Shown piece by piece: positions 58,301-64,000 of a stretch of DNA of 64,000 nt. The number at the start of each line of letters is the position of its first letter. Position 1 is the stretch's first letter. The notes under the pieces are model-generated. The model searched no databases and was not told the origin of the DNA. It worked only from the letters and a program-made list of their open reading frames with translations. A program made the translations under genes and the position numbers. The DNA comes from Candidatus Eiseniibacteriota bacterium. Lineage in GTDB: Bacteria > Eisenbacteria > RBG-16-71-46. Location of the stretch: positions 1 to 64,000 of the forward strand of contig JBGPFC010000008.1 of assembly GCA_041483195.1 (NCBI GenBank), written 5' to 3'.

Positions 58301-58559
58301 GATCGAAACCGATGCGGAGCTGGCGCGGGTCGTACTTCAACTTGAGCCCCCGCGGCGACGGCTGGAGCGACGGCAGCGTCGGCCGCACCAGGTGGTCCTC
58401 CAGTGCCAGGCGGGATGAGGTCTTCCACTGCGGCGGCAGGGTGTCGGCCGGCGCCGGGGGCGTTCGCTTGAGCTTGATCCCGTGAAGCCAGGGCAGGCCC
58501 GGCACGCCCGACAGCCCCAGAATCAGCGTGACGGCCGGCAGCGTCAGGGAGGTCAGCAT
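52347..58559 (-). CDS. sprA: SprA/Sov-like type IX secretion outer-membrane translocon
   Basis: 2070 aa; YKGDEDDVVQALDLGN, GLFGVK, DYTIDYDLGRV, RPRLGEEP, YIDDMEG, EDTGLDG, DTEDLN, NYYEY; beta-rich C-terminus ending in Phe (RASFSF). Confidence 0.88.
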   Translation of the reverse strand: MLTSLTLPAVTLILGLSGVPGLPWLHGIKLKRTPPAPADTLPPQWKTSSRLALEDHLVRPTLPSLQPSPRGLKLKYDPRQLRIGFDPDSGTVNAFSEVGSARIGDGMREPLQFYSADLTQRSFQRQWLERSALAIRTSSLAPTAAASAAPGGLSFKLPSPLPRKVQSLLGPGGPALNVSGSENIRLSGQSNWTNQQLGPLGRKPSLFPSLDMQQDLNIQLEGQLSDRIRVNLLQNSGIQIPLANRIAINYKGDEDDVVQALDLGNTNLSLPGTQYVSYSGKNEGLFGVKTAMRLGPLDFTVLASKQEGKSERAAYSGGASRQTQTLADLDYMKGVYFFLYDPNLDLLDIPNTSVQLYLDDYNYSNDQNSVAGRAFVDLGLTCPGCNDSTSVRGVFAPLHPGADQDYEILDNVYNPFYKIIRMHRAVTGEQRLAITYNARRIGPGGTPGPEFPVGGQDSVEADGAQRRFMKLLRAPASVIRPDDSGNFDTTNVFVSTRDLELHNFYQLAGQRIDPASFTLTIRKGVDDPPVTFIRSRGDSAVPYIEVLGLDNFDQTRGTLDPGHDGKVDGAAATTDSRQLFVDFENGTLFFFDLRPFAPRVGHNFLGTDGRVHPRYPFDQFVSNALNRRDSLVGPPDSSNGANAAIYDQYYLQRSLDTRYYIDAEFTAARAQGEINLGRGTLIEGSDVVTINGQALVRDRDYTIDYDLGRVVLKRQLGPADQLNIDYSYAPLFQQAGRTLVGNAFRLEGRDKSFGGAFMYESKGAQDLRPRLGEEPSRSLIGDLNTAWGFHPEWVTRLVDRLPGVRTTAPSDLSVQAEMGASYPNPNTRNVVYIDDMEGVRDAVTVSMSPERWELSSVPSLKSGGFEIPLTDTLLVPRRRKAEIHWFSPPAAIKERDLKPNLSDAQGAQTAHQVLALSIPRRPLTSQSTDFLWAGLTFPLDQVGLDLSRSQFIELWVNDFDDLTRVRNRHVKLHIDLGVVSEDQMPSPDVLPDGRLETEDQGSPPDHQLTVTDRNDEDTGLDGKLDSEEIAKGVPIRDLSTAGSSDPEGDDFRAVPEGPPEDMDPARFRFANGTENNHTLNPVPDTEDLNLNNNIDTAEDYFEYSVDLCDTCDTYLETDVRRDFVSPPPRNPVRADNGWRRYRIPINDALRVKFGAPDLTLARHVRVWVDSLVDPDPAARPLLMLGGLEIVGSRWQGTPLTPDQEQFETTLTLNSLNNVDNADEYTAPFDPGTDRSGGLPLSRREQSLGLEFTQLAPDDTLEVFKTFSIDENYSRYGSLNFWIGGSRFEDYAALADSLENIQYFVRFASDELGRNYYEYKARLPIDPDSTRIPWQEVRLKLTDLSNLKLGFPTTDPMYRVPGPAGNDSIIIKGRPSFTRLRRVSFGIINANRSPLHVMPGGRVLFDELRATDVAKDAGYAKRMQVNGRLANLASYNLSWNARDANFQSVGESRGSGSSSDQLNMGTSIDLHRFFEATGIVLPLALNYARSSSKPRFNAGDDILRTGAFEAASETRGETRSLATSYRRQWSDRANPILRYTLGGVTVSHSRSQTDSRNPTSVGTSTSKSSAVNYGIAPRSLLAIPLPLTKARFYPLPERFYWNYAVSSSQSRAFDRTRDGGLLLRNSVAGRAASVNFGADTRPFEFLHHHFEALRNLMLAPALREKIGPINFGRVVTWRQNMDARYVVNKGPWLSPSFGWGSNYSQDNRPELSPDLSVRSIGNNQSISGTWAVPFDRFGGARAGRPALGDTSRKVPRAPAISWRSMLARLGAISTEAAYNKSSGYSRLTGIPSVGYLAGLSDDPGLSTGSGSGMHAQFGNSSNRSMDWRASARTRLGLVLDATVMTRGEYTTRRTQMNGVSTRSVTSRFPDLDFEYGRIPNLLRIDRVLASPRIRTAFSRSTLTDYRTGDQTPTSVSTSSQWQPLLSLSGDFKNATRAELKIERRVTVRDNFQFFRSTRTDRNTDVNLSLSRSYSRGQKVKILGREKTVKSAVSLGLTGVYSRTSGETVTVGSRRAQLPIDQDRLSLNGRGDYSFSNSVTGGLVLGFGQNRDLQRQITSRNVRVEFRASFSF

Positions 58560-58695
58560 GGAAGCCCCAAACTATACGCGCCTCCGAGGATGGAGGCGCA
58601 GGGGGCGACCGTAGCAGGCCAAGCTTCAGCGGTCAAAGCCTTTACGGGCAAATGTGTTCGCTCCAGAGCCGGCCGATGGGGTAGTGTGCGCGATC

Positions 58696-60063
58696 GTGCG
58701 CATCCTTCGTACCTACATACTCCGACTGCATCTGGTTCCCTTCCTGCTCGGGTTCGGCGTCGTCACGTTCATCCTCGAGATGGACGTGATGTTCGACTAC
58801 CTCGACCTCGTGGTAAACCGGGGGGTCGCGCTGGGTGTGGTGGCCCAGTTGTTCCTGCTTTCGCTCGGCTACATCATCGCGCTCTCGGCGCCGTGCGCGG
58901 TGCTGATCGCCGTCCTGATGACCTTCGGCCGCCTGTCGCAGGACAACGAGATCACCGCGCTGCGAGCCAGCGGCGTCAACCTGGCGCAGGTGCTGATCGG
59001 CCCGCTGCTCGCTGCGGTCGCCCTCCAGTTCGGGCTCACCTACTTCAACAACCGCGTGCTGCCCGAGACCAATCACGCGTTCGCCAATCTGCTGATCGAC
59101 ATCGGGCGCATGCGCCCCACCGTTCGCCTGCAGGAGGGCGTGTTCATCACCGACTTTCCCGGTTACAACCTGCTGGTGCAATCCGTGAACGGCCGCACCA
59201 ACGAGATGAGCGGGGTGACGATCTACAAGCTCAATCCCGGTGTGCCGCCCACCACGATCCTCGCGAAGCACGGCACGCTCGAGTACACGCCGGACGGAAA
59301 GACCGCGGTGCTGCGGCTGCGTGACGGCGAGATCCACGAGATCCCGTCGGAAGAGGGTGGATCGCGACGCTACCGGCGGATGGTGTTCAAGACCCACGTC
59401 ATCTACATCTCCGGCGCCGGCGGGCTGCTGGAGCACACGGTGCGCGACTCGCGCAGCGACCGCGAGATGACGACCGATGCGCTGATCGATGAACGCGCCA
59501 GCATGCGCGAGCAGTACGATCGGGCGATCGCGCTCCGTCGCGACCGGCTTCGGCAGATGGGCGCGCCCGGACCCGTGATCGACGCGCTCGCGCCGGAGCG
59601 GCTTCCGTGGAGCGGACAGGTGCGCGCGACCTGGGCGGCGCTGGTCTCGCGCGAAGACCCGCTCGAGCGGTTCGCGAGCGCGCAGCCGGCGCTCCGTACC
59701 GAGATCGACCTGTGGCGGGTGGAACGCTCCGCGCTGAGACGCCGGATCGCATCGCTCTCGGTGGAGATCCAGAAGAAGTACTCGCTGCCGGCGGCGTGCG
59801 TGGTGTTCGTGTTGCTCGGGGCGCCGCTCGGGATGCGCGTGCGGCGCGCCGGCCCGGCCGTGGCGTTCGTATCGATCGCGTTCTTCCTGTTCTACTACCT
59901 GTGTCTGATCGGCGGCGAGGAGCTCGCCAACCGGCTGTTGCTGCCGCCCTGGCTCTCGATGTGGCTCCCCAACCTGGTGCTCGGCGCGTGGGGCCTGGTC
60001 GCGACCCTGCGCACCTGCGAACTGTGGCGCCCGCGCGCGCGCCCGGCGGCACGGCCCGCTTGA
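58696..60063 (+). CDS. lptF: LPS export ABC permease LptF-like, with an extra helical insert
   Basis: ILRTYILR, GRLSQDNEITALRASG, EIQKKYSLP, LGAPLG, WLPNLV. Confidence 0.88.
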   Translation: MRILRTYILRLHLVPFLLGFGVVTFILEMDVMFDYLDLVVNRGVALGVVAQLFLLSLGYIIALSAPCAVLIAVLMTFGRLSQDNEITALRASGVNLAQVLIGPLLAAVALQFGLTYFNNRVLPETNHAFANLLIDIGRMRPTVRLQEGVFITDFPGYNLLVQSVNGRTNEMSGVTIYKLNPGVPPTTILAKHGTLEYTPDGKTAVLRLRDGEIHEIPSEEGGSRRYRRMVFKTHVIYISGAGGLLEHTVRDSRSDREMTTDALIDERASMREQYDRAIALRRDRLRQMGAPGPVIDALAPERLPWSGQVRATWAALVSREDPLERFASAQPALRTEIDLWRVERSALRRRIASLSVEIQKKYSLPAACVVFVLLGAPLGMRVRRAGPAVAFVSIAFFLFYYLCLIGGEELANRLLLPPWLSMWLPNLVLGAWGLVATLRTCELWRPRARPAARPA

Positions 60064-61139
60064 AGATCCTCGACCGCTACGTGCTCCGCGAGTTCATGGG
60101 CTACGTCGCGCTCGGGCTGGCGGGCTTCATCGTCATCTTCGTGGTGGTGGATCTCTTCGAGAAGATCGACGTCTTCCTGGATCATCGCGCGCCGTTCGAG
60201 TTGATCGCGCGCTTCTACCTGTACCGCGCGCCGGAGGTGGTGGTGCAGGTGCTGCCGGTCGCGCTGCTGCTCGCCACCTTTCTCGCGCTCGGCCAGCTCA
60301 ACAAGTTCGGTGAGCTCACGGCGATGCGCTCGGCGGGCCTGCCGCTCATGCGCATCCTCACCACGGTGTTCGCGAGCGCGCTCGCCGCGGCCGCGATCTC
60401 GCTCCTGCTCGGCGAACTGGTGGTGCCGGCCGCGAACCGCGAACGCGACCGCATCTACGACGAGCAGATCCAGCGCCTCAAGCGCGATCTGGTGACCGAG
60501 CGCGCCGACGTGACCTACCTGGGGAACGGCGGTCGGATCTTCTACATCCGCCTCTACCTCGTGCTCGAGAAGCGCATGCACGAGGTCGCGCTCCAGGAGT
60601 TCGCGCACGGGGACCTGGTACGGCGCATCGACGCGGCCGAGGCGACCTGGGACGGACATCAGTGGGTGTTCGCATCGGGCTACATCCGCCGCTTCGAGGC
60701 GGGCCGGGAGATCGCGACCCCGTTCCAGCGCCTTCCGGCCCCCGATCTGGGCGAGACGCCGGACGATTTCGCCAAGGAGAGCCTCAAGCCCGCCGAGATG
60801 AACTACCTCCAGCTGCGCCGCTACATCGTGCGGCTGCGCGCGAGCGGTTTGCGGGTCGCAAACTACCTGGTGGACCTCCATCTCAAGCTCGCGTTCCCGC
60901 TCTTCAACATCATCGTGGTCATGATCGGAGCGTCGGTGGCCACCCGGCTCCGGCTCCAGAGCCCCGCGCTCGGCTTCGGGCTCTCGGTGTGCATCGCGTT
61001 CGTGTTCTGGGGCAGCATGCAGCTCGGCAAGGCGCTCGGCCACAGCGGCATGATGCCGCCGTACGTCGCGGCCTGGTTCAGCGACGTGTTGTTCGGCGCG
61101 GTGGGCGTTGGGCTGCTCGCGGACGCGCAGCGGAACTGA
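60060..61139 (+). CDS. lptG: LPS export ABC permease LptG-like
   Basis: KILDRYVLRE, ELTAMRSAG, IDAAEATWDG, PAEMNY, KLAFPL; TTGA overlap with lptF. Confidence 0.9.
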   Translation: MKILDRYVLREFMGYVALGLAGFIVIFVVVDLFEKIDVFLDHRAPFELIARFYLYRAPEVVVQVLPVALLLATFLALGQLNKFGELTAMRSAGLPLMRILTTVFASALAAAAISLLLGELVVPAANRERDRIYDEQIQRLKRDLVTERADVTYLGNGGRIFYIRLYLVLEKRMHEVALQEFAHGDLVRRIDAAEATWDGHQWVFASGYIRRFEAGREIATPFQRLPAPDLGETPDDFAKESLKPAEMNYLQLRRYIVRLRASGLRVANYLVDLHLKLAFPLFNIIVVMIGASVATRLRLQSPALGFGLSVCIAFVFWGSMQLGKALGHSGMMPPYVAAWFSDVLFGAVGVGLLADAQRN

Positions 61140-61151
61140 GCGCTGCCGCGT

Positions 61152-61868
61152 TCAGATCTCGAAGGCGCGATCGATCCCATCGAGCGTCGCGCAGCGCTGG
61201 ACGTCCCCGGCGAATGACGCATGGAGCGCACGCAGCGTGCGCGCGTGAGACGCGCCCTGCACCAGCGTGCGCACCGCCGTCGCGTCCCGCGGAGCGAGCG
61301 CGAGCGCCGCGCGCGCCGCCCCGCCCTCGATCGATGCCCCCCGGGCGGCGAGCGCGGCCGCGATCATCCCGGCGCACGCCGCATCCTCGATCGCGAACCG
61401 TCCCTCCTTGCCGGCACAGAGCAGCAGCACGAAGCGCTCGCCCGCGAGCGCGCGCAACACGGCCGCCACGTTCACGAACGCCGCCAGCAGCCGCCGCCTG
61501 CATCCCGCCGCAGCGAGCAGCGCGAGCGAGCCGTTGGTCGACGCGAAGATCAGCGTGCGGTTCGCGACGACCTCGGCCGCGTACTCGGCCGGAGAGTTCC
61601 CGAGATCGAATCCCGGGATGCGCAGGCCCTGGCGTTCGCCGCACAGCAGCGCCCCGGGCTCGCGCGCCCGGATCGCGAGCGCGGCCTCCGGGCTCGCGAC
61701 CGGAATCACGGCCCGCGCGCCGTTGTCGAGTGCCACGCTCAGCGTGGTGGTCGCGCGCAGGACGTCGATGACAACGGCCGTCGTGGTGCGCGGATCGCGC
61801 GGCCAGTCCCGAGGCGGCGCGGCGCGACGGGGTAAGGGTCCCGGCGCGAATTCGGCCCGGACGCGCAC
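61152..61868 (-). CDS. comB: 2-phosphosulfolactate phosphatase (ComB) family protein
   Basis: VVIDVLRATTT, GERQGLRIPGFDLGNSP, STNGS, IEDAACAG. Confidence 0.88.
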   Translation of the reverse strand: MRVRAEFAPGPLPRRAAPPRDWPRDPRTTTAVVIDVLRATTTLSVALDNGARAVIPVASPEAALAIRAREPGALLCGERQGLRIPGFDLGNSPAEYAAEVVANRTLIFASTNGSLALLAAAGCRRRLLAAFVNVAAVLRALAGERFVLLLCAGKEGRFAIEDAACAGMIAAALAARGASIEGGAARAALALAPRDATAVRTLVQGASHARTLRALHASFAGDVQRCATLDGIDRAFEI

Positions 61869-61876
61869 CGCGCCGC

Positions 61877-63244
<1,368 letters not shown>

Positions 63245-63254
63245 TCGCCCCCGG

Positions 63255-64000
63255 TCAGCCCATCCGGCCGGGACGAGACGCCCCGGCCGGCGTGGCCAGA
63301 CCCGGGGACGCAGGCGAGGCGCCGCCCTTGTCGCGCTCGCCGCCGGTGGTCGCGGCGTCCACGGGCTGCCACATGCGATCGGAGGTGGCCGAGATGCCCT
63401 TGAGCTTGAGTCCGAGCTCGTTCGGATTCGAGCAGTTCTTGAGCGCCTCTTCCTCGGTGATCAGCCCCTCGCGCAGCAGGTGCAGCACCGATTGATCGAA
63501 GGTCTGCATTCCATACTGGGTGACGCCCTCGGCGACCAGGGCCCCGAGCAGCGAGACCTTGTCCGCATCGAGAATGTACTCGCGAATGGTGGGCGTGTTC
63601 ACCATGACCTCGACCGCCGGCACGCGTCCCGCGCCGTCCGCGCGCGGGATCAGTCGCTGCGAGATCACGGCGCGCAGATTCGAGGCGATCGACAGGCGCA
63701 CCTCGTCGTGCTGGTGGGGCGGGTAGAACGAGACGACGCGCTGGAGCGTCTGGACCACGTCGGTGGTGTGGAGCGTCGACATCACGAGGTGGCCGGTGTC
63801 GGCCGCCATCAGCGCGCTGCTCATGGTCTCGAGATCGCGGATCTCACCGACCAGGATGATGTCGGGGTCCTGGCGCAGCACGTACTTGAGACCGGCATGG
63901 AACGAGTGGGTGTCGAGCCCGACCTCGCGCTGGTGAATGAACGACAGGCGATCGCGGTGGAGGAACTCGATCGGGTCCTCGACCGTGATGATGTTGCGGT
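63255..64000 (-). CDS. PilT/PilU-family type IV pilus ATPase (5' part outside window)
   Basis: [49 protein letters not shown]. Confidence 0.92.
   Translation of the reverse strand, partial: RNIITVEDPIEFLHRDRLSFIHQREVGLDTHSFHAGLKYVLRQDPDIILVGEIRDLETMSSALMAADTGHLVMSTLHTTDVVQTLQRVVSFYPPHQHDEVRLSIASNLRAVISQRLIPRADGAGRVPAVEVMVNTPTIREYILDADKVSLLGALVAEGVTQYGMQTFDQSVLHLLREGLITEEEALKNCSNPNELGLKLKGISATSDRMWQPVDAATTGGERDKGGASPASPGLATPAGASRPGRMG

Noticed and set aside
10863..58418. Very long alternative ORFs (10863-14384, 17521-21063, 26093-29323, 37918-41550, 54150-58418 and others)
   Set aside because: They are antisense or off-frame shadows of well-supported genes. They are Arg/Ala/Pro-rich without motifs, as expected from stop-codon scarcity at high GC.
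61152..61868. Coenzyme M biosynthesis
   Set aside because: ComB-family phosphatases are widespread in bacteria and no comA/C/D/E genes are in the window.

Overview
Very GC-rich bacterial chromosomal window (roughly 70% GC by eye) from a diderm organism. The sprA plus lptFG content and the gene order suggest an FCB-group lineage outside Bacteroidota, for example Ca. Eisenbacteria-like; this is an inference. Positions 1-40 kb form a large, orientation-mosaic surface-glycan region. It holds an OPX / PCP / BY-kinase-like export module, a Wzy/ligase-like protein, three Wzx-like flippases, five DPM1-like GT2s, four GT4s, two AsnB-like amidotransferases, a DegT aminotransferase and an STT3-like GT-C protein. 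It also holds several unusual tailoring genes: a nucleotidyltransferase + alkaline-phosphatase-superfamily pair, an SDR-Gfo/Idh/MocA fusion and a methyltransferase-TM-sulfatase fusion. Positions 40-51 kb carry the conserved rimP-nusA-infB-DUF503-rbfA-truB-ribF-rpsO-pnp-M16 peptidase cluster. Positions 51-64 kb carry a glutaminyl-cyclase-like M28 lipoprotein coupled to a 2070-aa SprA (T9SS translocon) homolog, divergent lptF-lptG, comB, accC and a partial PilT/PilU ATPase. No CRISPR, tRNA/rRNA or mobile element was seen. Starts were adjusted by eye to stop/start overlaps and RBS; no database searches were run.
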